Below, piece by piece: positions 10,883-21,248 of a stretch of DNA of 64,000 bases. The stretch comes from Candidatus Hydrogenedentota bacterium. Its GTDB lineage: Bacteria; Hydrogenedentota; Hydrogenedentia; Hydrogenedentales; SLHB01. How positions within the stretch are numbered: the stretch's first letter is position 1; every line of letters begins with the position of its first letter. Location: NCBI GenBank assembly GCA_963668025.2, contig CAXXTH010000010.1:480001-544000 (forward strand). Direction: 5' to 3'. The notes below the pieces were generated by a model. The model worked only from the letters and a program-made list of their open reading frames with translations. It had not been told where the DNA came from and made no database searches. Made by a program: the position numbers and the translations under genes.

Positions 10883-11746
10883 ATGAAAGGGATCATCTTG
10901 GCGGGCGGCGCGGGAACTCGCCTGCATCCGCTCACGCGCGCCGTCAGCAAGCAGCTCCTTCCCATCTATGATAAGCCCATGGTGTATTACCCGCTCAGCA
11001 CGTTGATGCTGGCGGGCATTCGAGACATTTTACTGATCTCGACGCCGGTGGATCTGCCCATGTTCGAACGCCTGCTGGGCGATGGCTCACGCCTCGGCAT
11101 GTCGTTCCGCTATGCGGAACAGCCTGCGCCCGAAGGGCTTGCGCAAGCGTTTCTCATCGGGGCCGAATTCGTGGGAAATGAGCCCGTGGCGCTCGTGCTG
11201 GGCGATAACATCTTTTATGGCCATGGCATGACCGAGATTTTGCGCACGGGCGCATCCATTCAAGATGGCGCCATGGTGTTCGGTTATTATGTAAACGACC
11301 CGCAGCGGTATGGCGTCATCGAATTCAATGAAAACGGCGTCGCCGTCAGCCTGGAAGAAAAACCCGCCACGCCGAAAAGCTCATTCGCGGTTCCGGGACT
11401 GTATTTTTATGGGCCTGATGTAGTGGATTACGCCAAAAGGCTGAAACCCAGCGCGCGCGGCGAACTCGAGATCACCGATTTGAACCGTATGTATCTCGAA
11501 CAGGGGCGTTTGCACGTGGAGGTGCTCGGGCGGGGGATTGCGTGGCTGGACACCGGCACCAACCGCAGCTTAATGGAGGCGGGCCAATTCGTGCAGGCCG
11601 TCGAGGAGCGGCAAGGGCTTAAAATCGCCTGCCTGGAAGAGATTGCCTGGCGGCAAGGATGGATCTCGCCAGAGCAAATCGCCCTCGAGGCGGAATGCAT
11701 GGGCAAAAGCGCTTATGCCAGCTACTTAAAGCGCTTGCTGGCGTAA
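10883..11746 (+). CDS. rfbA: Glucose-1-phosphate thymidylyltransferase RfbA/RmlA
   Basis: [18 protein letters not shown]...[36 protein letters not shown]. Confidence 0.96.
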   Translation: MKGIILAGGAGTRLHPLTRAVSKQLLPIYDKPMVYYPLSTLMLAGIRDILLISTPVDLPMFERLLGDGSRLGMSFRYAEQPAPEGLAQAFLIGAEFVGNEPVALVLGDNIFYGHGMTEILRTGASIQDGAMVFGYYVNDPQRYGVIEFNENGVAVSLEEKPATPKSSFAVPGLYFYGPDVVDYAKRLKPSARGELEITDLNRMYLEQGRLHVEVLGRGIAWLDTGTNRSLMEAGQFVQAVEERQGLKIACLEEIAWRQGWISPEQIALEAECMGKSAYASYLKRLLA

Positions 11747-11978
11747 AGGGGCCGCCTGAAAATAGCGCCGCTTCCCTGTGTCCTGCCCTTTAAATGATGT
11801 ATTTCAAAGGGAAAGAGCAAGCGGATTGAAAAAAGCGCTTAACTATTGCCGCTTCATCCGGTGAATATCGTATAATCATCTTTTACGCCTGCGTGAATTC
11901 TCGCCAATGCAGCCGTATTTTGCTTCATTTGGCGTCTTGAAGTACGAACCACGACCATACAAAAGCGGAAGGTATCAA

Positions 11979-13103
11979 ATGAAGATCGCCATGATTGGCA
12001 TCCGTGGCGTCCCGGCCAACTACAGCGGCCTCGAGACGTGCGCGGAAGAAGTGGGGGCCCGTTTAGCCAGCCGAGGGCATGAAGTCATTGTTTATTGCCG
12101 GCGGCACTGCTACGACACGCATCCGGACGAATATCGCGGCATGCGCCGCATCACCCTGCCTGGCACGCGCAACAAATTCGCCGACACGCTGGTGCATAGT
12201 GGGCTATGCATGGCCCATGTGCTGAAGATGAAGCCCGATGTAATCCTGGCGTTTAACCCGGCCGTTTCCGCGTTATGCCTGTTGCCAAAGGCCTTGGGCT
12301 ACCGGTTTTGCTTGAATCCCGACGGTTTTGATTGGCGGCGGCCCAAATGGCCCGCCTTAGGCAAGGCGTTCATTTATGCATCGGCATGGTTTTCCGCGCT
12401 GATCATTGACCAGCTCACCATTGATGCCGTCTCGGTTCGAGATTATTACGCCAGCCATTTTCCCTGCCGCAACGAACCGTTGTACATCCCCAACGGCGCG
12501 AATATCGAACTGCGCAGCGAGGAGAATGATGCGGCGGATGAGCGCATCCTCGAGCAATACGGCCTCAAGAAAAACCACTATATCCTCTTTCTAAGCCGCC
12601 ATGTAAAAGACAATAGTTGCAAGGAGATCATTGAGGCGTACGAAGGCCTCGATACGGATATGCCCCTCTTTTTCGGCGGCGGCGGCCATTATGGCGAAGC
12701 CTATGCGGAAGAGCTGAAACAAACAAAAGATCCAAGAATCCTGTTCCCCGGCGCCATTTATGATCCGGAACACGTCCGGGCTCTGCATCACCATTGCTAT
12801 TTCCTGGCCCACGGAAACCAGCCGGGAGGCACAAGCCTTGGACTGCTGAAAGCCATGGGATATGGCGCGTGCGTCATGACGCTCGCTACGCCGGACAACG
12901 CTTATGCCGTCAAGGACGCAGGGGTGCAATACCAATTATCGCCCGAAAGCATCCGGGCGGCCATGCGCCGCTTGCTCGATCATCCCGAGGAGGTGCTGGC
13001 GTACCGGGAGAAGGCGGTGCGGCGGATACGGGAAGAATATTTGTGGGACGTAGTAGCGGACAAATACGAGGCCGCTATGAAGAAGGCGGCGGGAATCGTC
13101 TGA
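11979..13103 (+). CDS. GT4-fold glycosyltransferase (DUF1972/rhamnosyltransferase-like)
   Basis: MKIAMIGIRGVPANYSGLETCAEE, NPDGFDWRRPKW, GGTSLGLLKAMGYG. Confidence 0.85.
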   Translation: MKIAMIGIRGVPANYSGLETCAEEVGARLASRGHEVIVYCRRHCYDTHPDEYRGMRRITLPGTRNKFADTLVHSGLCMAHVLKMKPDVILAFNPAVSALCLLPKALGYRFCLNPDGFDWRRPKWPALGKAFIYASAWFSALIIDQLTIDAVSVRDYYASHFPCRNEPLYIPNGANIELRSEENDAADERILEQYGLKKNHYILFLSRHVKDNSCKEIIEAYEGLDTDMPLFFGGGGHYGEAYAEELKQTKDPRILFPGAIYDPEHVRALHHHCYFLAHGNQPGGTSLGLLKAMGYGACVMTLATPDNAYAVKDAGVQYQLSPESIRAAMRRLLDHPEEVLAYREKAVRRIREEYLWDVVADKYEAAMKKAAGIV

Positions 13104-13156
13104 AAGCACGCTTTCAATAGCAATTCCCGCATGAGGCTCGTATAGAGAAACACACC

Positions 13157-14626
13157 ATGGCCAAAAACGCACGCCTTTGGTTTATCGCCCTGCTGCTCGT
13201 GGCGCTCGACGCCATGATTGCCTTGGTGTGCGTGCCCCTGGCCTACAAACTCCGCTTTTTCCCCCATGATCCATGGGTGATGGACTTATTTCTCGACCTT
13301 GAGCGGCTTAGCCCCTATCTCCACCTCATGATTTTCGCGCCGGTAGTGCGCGTGTTAAGCAGTTACGCCGTGGGCGTATATGAGACGCGCCGCAAGGCCT
13401 ACCGCATCAGCGACGACGTGCCCAAGCTGCTTGCCGCCGTATCGCTTGGTTCCGCCATACTCATCCTGATCGCCTTCTTCGGGGTATTTCAATACCGCTC
13501 TTTCGTGCAATACCGCGAATTCAACTACTCGCGTTTCTTTTTCGTGTTCGAGTGGCTGTTGAATCTCGTGTTTGTCATAGGCGTCCACACCTTCATTGGC
13601 ATATCGAGAAATGAAGTCTCCCGGCGCGGAGTTGGCATCCGCCATCTTGCGATTCAAGGATGCGGAAAAGAGGCGCTGGCCTTGGCTGGAAAATCGGAAG
13701 TCTTGGCTGAAGCGGGCTACGCCGTCATGGGCTTCATTTCGGAACCGTGCGGAGAAAATACGGCAGAAGCGGGAAACCAGCAGCTCCCGCTGCTGGGCCG
13801 GCCCAGTGACGTACATGACATCATCAACGATCATCACATTGAGGATATCGTGGTGACCGACGTGGCCAGCTTGAATGGCTCGCTTGTGGATTTCTGCGGT
13901 GCGTGCCACAAGCTCGATGTGCTCGTGAAACTCATCCCAGACATGTATGGCATTCTCTTTCAAGGCCATGCGATAGAAGAACTGGCGGGCATGCCGGTTT
14001 TCCAGGTGAACCAAGTTTCCATTGGCGGCTTCGCGCGCGTGCTCAAACGCACCGAAGATATCCTCTTGGCAGTGATAGGCCTGGCGCTCGCTTCGCCGAT
14101 ATTACTGGCTTCCGCCCTGCTGATCCGGATAGAAAGCCCCGGGCCCATCTTCTTCATACAACGGCGGACAGGTAAGAACGGGCGCGTGTTCTGCATGTAC
14201 AAGTTTCGCTCGATGTATGCCGACGCCGAGAAACGGCGGAAAGAACTAGAACACCTCAACGAGTCGGATGGGCCGGTCTTCAAGATCAAGAATGACCCCC
14301 GGATCACCCGGACAGGGCGCATCCTGCGCAAGGCGTCCATTGACGAGCTCCCCCAGCTCCTGAATGTGCTCAAAGGGGAAATGAGTTTTGTCGGCCCCCG
14401 CCCGCTTCCGGTTTGCGACATCGCCAAGCCCGATGAATGGGAGCAGCGCCGCTTCGCCGCCATGCCGGGCATCACCGGCCTTTGGCAAGTGAACCGCACC
14501 AATCACACTTCTGAAGAAATGCTCAAGTGGGATTTGTATTATGTCGAACACTGGTCTCTTTGGCTGGATCTTAAAATACTCTTTAAAACAGTCGCCGTGG
14601 TTCTGATGGGCCGCGGGGCATATTAG
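13157..14626 (+). CDS. Polyprenyl-phosphate glycosylphosphotransferase (WcaJ/WbaP-type priming sugar transferase)
   Basis: N-terminal TM helices; C-terminal KFRSM, DPRIT, SIDELPQLLNVLKGEMSFVGPRP, PGITGLWQV. Confidence 0.93.
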   Translation: MAKNARLWFIALLLVALDAMIALVCVPLAYKLRFFPHDPWVMDLFLDLERLSPYLHLMIFAPVVRVLSSYAVGVYETRRKAYRISDDVPKLLAAVSLGSAILILIAFFGVFQYRSFVQYREFNYSRFFFVFEWLLNLVFVIGVHTFIGISRNEVSRRGVGIRHLAIQGCGKEALALAGKSEVLAEAGYAVMGFISEPCGENTAEAGNQQLPLLGRPSDVHDIINDHHIEDIVVTDVASLNGSLVDFCGACHKLDVLVKLIPDMYGILFQGHAIEELAGMPVFQVNQVSIGGFARVLKRTEDILLAVIGLALASPILLASALLIRIESPGPIFFIQRRTGKNGRVFCMYKFRSMYADAEKRRKELEHLNESDGPVFKIKNDPRITRTGRILRKASIDELPQLLNVLKGEMSFVGPRPLPVCDIAKPDEWEQRRFAAMPGITGLWQVNRTNHTSEEMLKWDLYYVEHWSLWLDLKILFKTVAVVLMGRGAY

Positions 14627-14640
14627 CAAGGCGCTAGTCC

Positions 14641-15585
14641 ATGTCGAAATACGCGAAATCATTGCTGGCTTGGTCGCTCATGATGGGCGTGCTGGCGCTT
14701 TTCGCGTGGACCGTGATTCGATATAGCCAAAACCGCGTCGGGCGCATCGAGAGCAGCGATCAAATCGTCCAGGCCGCCATAGCGGAGAAAGAAAACCGCA
14801 TCGACGAGGCCATCGCCCATTACGAGTCCGCTTTGCGATACCAGCCCGATGCGCTGGCTCCGCGCAAAGGCGTCATCCAACTCTACATGCGCGCGGGAGA
14901 ATTTGAAAAAGCGTTGTCGCATGGGCGGGCCATGTTGCAATATGCGTATGAAGAAGAGCGGGTGGATGCGTTGCTCACCTTGGGCGCTATCCACGAACAA
15001 ATGGCCCAATGGGCCGAGGCGCGCCGCATGTATGAAGAAGCGGTGGCCTTCCAGCCGGAGCGTGCGGAAATTTTCGCCGGGCTTGCCCGCGCCACAAATG
15101 CGCTGCGCGATTATCCGGCCATGGTGCAAGCCATTGAAAGCATCTCTAAAAGCGAAGAACAGGACTGTTCGAGCGCATTTGTGATGAGGCAAAGCATCTG
15201 CCGGGACATCATCGCGCGCACGCAAACACAAATGCTTTCCGGCAAAGGCTCCGGCATCGGGTATTTTCGCCTAGGCGCTGCTTTGCTCGAGACGGGAGCC
15301 TGGCAAGACGCCTGCCAGGCCTTTTCCAAAGCACTCGAATTTCCTGACGGCCCTGGCGACGCCGCATTTTATCTTGGCGTGGACGCCCAAGTGCGCGGTG
15401 ATGACGCCGCCGCAGCCGCTTACTACGAAAAGGCCATCGAACGCGCGCCCGCCCACCGGGGCGCATTACAGAATCTGCTCCAGCTCAGAATCGAATCCAG
15501 CCGCTCGCCCAATGGCGAATCCGCCTATCGTTCACCAGACACATCAACCGGTCTATTTTCCCCGCCAGGCGCATCCGCACGCTGA
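14641..15585 (+). CDS. Membrane-anchored TPR-repeat protein
   Basis: N-terminal hydrophobic helix; TPR-like repeats (AIAHYESALRYQPD, YEEAVAFQPE, YYEKAIERAP). Confidence 0.75.
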   Translation: MSKYAKSLLAWSLMMGVLALFAWTVIRYSQNRVGRIESSDQIVQAAIAEKENRIDEAIAHYESALRYQPDALAPRKGVIQLYMRAGEFEKALSHGRAMLQYAYEEERVDALLTLGAIHEQMAQWAEARRMYEEAVAFQPERAEIFAGLARATNALRDYPAMVQAIESISKSEEQDCSSAFVMRQSICRDIIARTQTQMLSGKGSGIGYFRLGAALLETGAWQDACQAFSKALEFPDGPGDAAFYLGVDAQVRGDDAAAAAYYEKAIERAPAHRGALQNLLQLRIESSRSPNGESAYRSPDTSTGLFSPPGASAR

Positions 15586-15606
15586 GCGCGCTACGCCTTT
15601 TCCTGC

Positions 15607-16575
15607 TCAAAGCTGTTTTGTGCCGTAATGCAGCACGCTTTCCCGGTGCTCCGACACGGCTTTACCGCGTTCTTCGAGCACTTCGAGGAATCCCACTGCG
15701 ACGCTTAACGCGAAATACAATTTCGCGGGATCGAGCTTCGGAAACAAGGCCATGGCCACTTCGTAGGGCGTGCGCGGGCCGCTCTCGAGCGTTTTGTAGA
15801 TCCGCATCATCTTGCGCTCCTGCCGTACGAGCAGGCAATCAATGAGTTGCCGGTAATCGCTGAACGGCTCGCCATGTCCAGGGCAGCACCAATCGATATC
15901 GAGGGTGTGGGTCCGCCGAAGAGATTCCTGGTATTCCAGCAGGCTTTTAGACCGGGGCTTGCCCGGCTCCGGCCTGCGGATGAGTGGATTTGGATGGATA
16001 TGTTTAAGCAAATGGTCGCCTGTAAACGCCACGCGGGCCGCTTGATTCACATACACCACATCCGACGCCGAATGGCCGGGCGCATGATGGGCCGTGAAAC
16101 CTGCGACCGTATCGCCATCCTGCATGGCGTTGCCGACGGAGGCCTTCTCGATATAAGGCTTGAATCCTTCATGTTCCGCCAGGCAGGCCGCCATCGATTC
16201 CGGAGGCGTGCCGAGTTCCGCCAATAATTTTTCGAGATAAGCCGCGGCTTCCGCTTCTGTTTCCTCGAAGCGGTCCGCCAGGCGGGCGACGCGGGGATGG
16301 GCGTAAACCTCGGCATGGGAGTTTTCCAGGATGCGGCCTAGCAGGCCCACATGATCAAAATGGCTGTGTGTAAGGAGAATGATATCCAGATCAGATAAGG
16401 CCAATCCGTGCCCGGCGAAACAGCGGAGGAGCGATTCCCATGCCGCATCCGTCCGGATCCCCGCATCCACCAGCGCCAGCGGTTCGCCCCGCACTAAAAA
16501 CGCATTCACCGGCCCCACCGAAAAAGGCGTGGGCATCGTGATTGGAATGATATGGTCCGGAAAAGTTTCCTGCAT
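15607..16575 (-). CDS. Metallo-beta-lactamase-fold hydrolase
   Basis: THSHFDHVG, PGHS, FTGDH and CPGHG motifs; C-terminal winged-helix-like tail. Confidence 0.9.
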   Translation of the reverse strand: MQETFPDHIIPITMPTPFSVGPVNAFLVRGEPLALVDAGIRTDAAWESLLRCFAGHGLALSDLDIILLTHSHFDHVGLLGRILENSHAEVYAHPRVARLADRFEETEAEAAAYLEKLLAELGTPPESMAACLAEHEGFKPYIEKASVGNAMQDGDTVAGFTAHHAPGHSASDVVYVNQAARVAFTGDHLLKHIHPNPLIRRPEPGKPRSKSLLEYQESLRRTHTLDIDWCCPGHGEPFSDYRQLIDCLLVRQERKMMRIYKTLESGPRTPYEVAMALFPKLDPAKLYFALSVAVGFLEVLEERGKAVSEHRESVLHYGTKQL

Positions 16576-16980
16576 TTAATCTCCTTTAAACAGAATAAAC
16601 TGCAATATGGAGTATGCCCTTGAAGAAAGAGGCCGTCTCGCACGTGCGTTTGGGCGCGGCAGGCGTATTCATACCGTTGCGATGCAATAAACAAGGTAAA
16701 AACGTTCAGGTCTTCAGTTGGCCAAAGTGTTACAAAAAAAGCTACTCAAAAACAACGTCTGTTCCCGCTCTGCAAGCCTTCGTGTTCTCCATGCCTCTGC
16801 GTTTATAAGAGGCTCATGAATTGAAATATGAAACAGTATATAGCTGGCTTATCCGGTGATTTATTATATCTGGCAGCGATTTGCCGCGTTTATGGCCTCG
16901 CTGTCCTGTTTGTAGCAAATTTCGTTGTTTGCTATGCTATCCGCTTCCTCAAAAGCGCCTTGAAAAGGTAGGAGAGGCAT

Positions 16981-18488
16981 ATGAAGAACAGTGGTGAACG
17001 CCGGAGTATTTCTGGTATTCGTGGAACGCTGGAGACGCTGCCCGCGCAGAAGGTGGCGGACTACACGTGCGCGTATGCGACGCTGCTGCGCCAGATCAAT
17101 CGCGGCAACACGGTAGTGCTCGGGCGCGATACGCGGCCCACATCGGCGGCGTATTCAGAAGCGGCGGCGGCGGCGTTGAACCGCGCTGGATGGGATGTCA
17201 TCGATTTGGGTGTTGTGCCGTCGCCCACGGTGCAGATTGCCATTGGCAAATTCGAGGCGGCGGGCGGCGTGGTGATCACGGCGTCGCATAATCCCATCGA
17301 ATATAATGGGGTGAAGTTTCTGCAAAACAGCCACGGCTACGGCATGTTTTTACAAAAAGAGCAAGTGAATGAACTGTTCGCGATATACGAATCGGGACAG
17401 TTCGATGAGCGGCGGCCGGGATTCTGCCTGCCCGTCAGCCAGTTCTCCGCCGATTTTAACGGACCCGCCGTATACGGCGGAATTTCTCGACCGCAACCGC
17501 TTTGATCTGGCCGTGGACAACAAGGTCATCTTGGATTACCACCTCCACCGGGTCATGTCGGTCATGGAGCGGGAGCGCGACCTTATTCGTGGGATGAATT
17601 TCCGGGTGGCCATGGATTGCTGCGGCGGCGCGGGCATCCCGATTAATTTCGTGCTGCTCGATCATTTGTATTGCCGTGTCACGAGGGTGAATGGCGCGCC
17701 GGGCGTCTTCACGCGGCCCATCGAACCCACGCCGCCGAATCTGGCCGGATTATGCAAGGAGCTGGGCATCGGTAAAGAACCCTATGATGTCACGTTCGTG
17801 ACGGACTGCGATAACGACCGCTGCGTGGTCGTGGCTCATGACCCGGAGACGGGGATGTATGTCCCTCCTCGAAGAAGATTACACCTTTGGGATCGCCGTG
17901 GACCAGGTGCTGGCCACGCAAAAGCCGGGCGCGACGGTCGTGACGAACTGGTCTACTTCGCATATGCTCCAAGACATCGCGAGCGCCCATCATGCGAATC
18001 TGCGCCGCGCGCCCACGGGCGAAGTGTACACGGCCACGGAAGCCGCCCATTACAGCGCCGCCATTGCGGGCGAAGGAAGCTGCGCGGGGGTCATCGATCC
18101 GCGTGTAGGCATGGGACGCGACGTGCTCCGTAGCGATCTGGCATATTCTGGCCGCGCTGGCCTGCAAGACAAAGCCCCTCATGGAGGTGGCGGCGGAATT
18201 GCCCCGGTATTATAAGGCCAACAAGGACCATCCGAACCGGCTCAGCATCGCGGAGAATTTTTCGCTGCTCGAGAAGCTGCAACTCCACTATGCGGCCAAG
18301 AACAACATCCTTTTTATTAACCGGGAAGACGGCCTCATCGTGTATTTCACTAACCGTTCGCGCGTGCAGATCCGGTGTTCTAACACGGAGAGCCGTTGTT
18401 GCGGGTGCGTACGGAAGCCACGGAGCGCGCCGAGGCGGACGCGTTGGTGCAAGAAGCGCTGGATATGATCGCGGCTATTTCACACTGA
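16981..18488 (+). pseudogene. Phosphoglucomutase/phosphomannomutase (alpha-D-phosphohexomutase) with four apparent frameshifts, probably sequencing errors
   Basis: SGIRG, GRDTR, TASHNP (catalytic Ser), DCDNDR, GEGS and SNTEP lie in successive frames, with shifts near 17459, 17865, 18130 and 18390; stop TGA at 18486-18488. Confidence 0.85.
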
Positions 18489-20814
18489 ACGTGTCTTTTT
18501 ACGGAAGAACATTGGCCATGCAGCGCTCGCGCACAAGGCCAGCAGGGCCAGCGCGGAAATAACGCCCCCAATCAGCAACGAATCGGGCCGGTAGCGGTAT
18601 TCGACCGTATGCCGGCCCGCTGGCATTTCAATACCCCGAAAGATGTAGTCCACGGGGAAACACTTCGACGGGCGCGCCGTCCAGCCAGGCTTTCCAGCCA
18701 GGATAATAGGCGTCGGCCAGCACCAGGATGGCCGGGGCTTGCGCATTCACCTCGATGGAACAGTGGTTGCCGGTATGCGCCGTGACGCGCGCTTCACCCA
18801 ACCATTCCGGTGCAGGTTGCGGCAAGCTGTTATCGAGGGACGTCTCGATAAGCGCCAGGCGGGCGGGCTCGAATCCGGGCTGTTTCATGCGCTCCAGGAG
18901 GGCCTTGCTGTCCTCGATGCATTCCGCCGCGCCGAGCAAGTAAGCGCGGGGCAGCGCGCGGTTATTGCGGTAGACCTCGAGCCCGTCGCGCTGCGCTACG
19001 CGCGCGAAGCGGCCCGGTTCATCGCGGGGGAACAGCGGCTCGTAGCGCGGATCATGCAGGTAATACGCCACGGCGCATGCAGGCTCGATGGCGTTCCAGA
19101 AGTCTTGTCCGATGGTTTTCTGGAATCGCACGATGCGTTCGGGATACAGGCCGTCGTATCCGAGCCATTCCTCGATGCCATACGCCGCCAGCAGCCCAGA
19201 AGCGATGTTTCCTTCGCCAGCGCCCACGCGGCACGGTTGCGGTAGTTCACGCAGATAGGTGGTCAATTCCGTTTTGGGGAACACCAATTTTGCGGGCATG
19301 GTGGGATTCATGCCACGATTCGCCAGGATCAGGTCGCCCGCCAACAAAAGGGTGATGGCGGCGGGGGCCATCCAATGGCGTTCCCGCAATAGCTTGAACA
19401 AAAAGAGGGACGCCATGGCGATGCCGCATGCGGCAAGCAATTCACAATGTACATAAGGCGCTACTTTCAGCGCTTTCATCAAGGATCCGAAGAAAGACTC
19501 GAGCAGGCCGATGTATGCCGCCACGAAACCCAGGAGCAGCGCGGGCCAGAGCCAGTCGCGCTTGTGCGCGGGGCTGTTGAGGCAGGCGTCCAGTCCCATC
19601 GCGCCTAGCAAAGGGATGGCGAAGAGGGGAAAGGCGGTGTGGTATGCGGCGATCATCGAGCTGAGCATGGGCAGCCGGTGCAGCGGTTCAAATAGGGGAA
19701 GCCGGAACGCCATGCCCAGCATGAGCAGCGCCGCGCCCGCGAGGCAGGCCGCGCGCGCCCGGTTCGCGTCGCGCCGCAGGCAGGCGGGGACAAGGAACGC
19801 CGCCCCAATCCAGACCGGCCAGCCCGCATAAAGCATGGAATACAGGTTGGAATTGATATCGCCCCAATAATTGCCGTCGGCGCTGGTTCCAAAGAAACGG
19901 GGCGCCCAGAAGGCCGCTGCGGCGCTCGGGGGAAGCCAGGTCATGATGTTTTCTTGCGGCCGGTCAAAAAACGTGGCGCTGTGGCGCAGGTATTCGAGGA
20001 AGGGCAAGAGCTGCGCCGCGCACAGGCATAGGGCGAGGCTCCATGCCCCGGCGCATCCAATGATGGGCAGCCATAACTGGCGGCCCCGCCGCCGCTCGGT
20101 GAGCAGGCGCAGTACGAAATAAACGCCCAGGCCCAGGCCCATGGCGAAAGCGGTTTCGGGGTGTCCGGCCAGCAGCAGAAGGACTCCGCCCAGGGTAAGC
20201 GTGAAAAAGCCCGCCCGCTGGCGGCCTTCGAGAATCCACTCGACGCCCAGGAACACGATAGGCAGCCATGCGCTTACATCGGGCAGCGACCAATTGCACC
20301 AAATGAGATTGTAACTGGCCAGCATCCAGGCCACGGAGAAGAATCGCGCCGCATGCCACCCCAAGTGCAATCCGCGCGCGCATAGATAGGCCGAAGCGCC
20401 GCATAACCACAGTTTGAGCAAGATAAAAAGCGCCGTGCCCCAGCGCAATCCGAACAGCAGATGGAGCGCGCGCGGCGGGTAGAACACCGTGGATTGGCAA
20501 TTCGCCATGAGCGGCATGCCGGCTAATTCGCAGGGATTCCACAAAGGCCATTCGCCATGCCGGATGGACTCGATGGATAGGGCATAGTAGGGATAAAACG
20601 CCGTGACGACATCCGACATCAGCCGGTTCTGCGGGTGTTCCCAATCCGCCGGGGCATACCGGCTCCATGGCAGGCTTTGGAAGAGTATGTCGCCCGGTGC
20701 GATCACCTCCCCGCGCAAAAACAAGCCAGGAAAAACAAAGACCAACAGCAAGGCCAATAGGCATCCATGAACGAGCAATTCACGGCGTGTGATGGATTCC
20801 CCCCCACTACACAT
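18480..20814 (-). CDS. YfhO-family multi-pass membrane protein (GT-C-like), with one frameshift near 18655
   Basis: PLWNP..LAGMP, FYPP, LAGHPET, NNRALPRAY, LADAYYPGWKA. The C-terminus (VDYIFRGIEMPAGRHTVEYRYRP) continues in ORF 18480-18746. Confidence 0.85.
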
Positions 20815-20934
20815 GCTGGAACACCTTCCCTATCCAATGGAGCCATTAGCTTCTTCGTGATAAAGCGTCCGGATCTTTCACCACGAGGGCTGATTCATTA
20901 CTGGTAATACTTCAGCGGACTGAAACAAGAGCTT

Positions 20935-21090
20935 TTTTTTTAGACATGATTAACAAGATGGACAAGATTGAACAAGAACGCCAAGATTCTTTATAGGTAA
21001 AAAACAATCCATGAAGTGTCCAGGCGCGTTTTTTATAGCAAAATTGCCATCAAAAATCTTGTTTCATCTTGTAAATCATGTCTAAAAAAA
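20935..21090. repeat. Paired ~35-bp inverted arms with ~9-nt periodic ACAAGAT boxes (MITE-like)
   Basis: Left arm TTTTTTTAGACATGATTAACAAGATGGACAAGATT versus right arm reverse complement TTTTTTTAGACATGATTTACAAGATGAAACAAGATT. Confidence 0.8.
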
Positions 21091-21203
21091 TCCTCCATCA
21101 TCGGCGGTTTGTCATGTATTCACGGTTAAAAAAAACGCCCCGATGCTCTTACTTCAGATGGCCAAAGCACTATCATTATTGGTATTCTGTTCTAGTGCGC
21201 TCA

Positions 21204-21240
21204 TCTTCTCCGTGGCTCCCCGTGTCCCCGTGGTAAAAAA
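21204..21240 (-). repeat. Three-box periodic repeat arm (CCACGG type)
   Basis: Reverse complement TTTTTTACCACGGGGACACGGGGAGCCACGGAGAAGA; similar to 34017-34050 and 57824-57852. Confidence 0.6.
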
Positions 21241-21248
21241 TCGGGACA

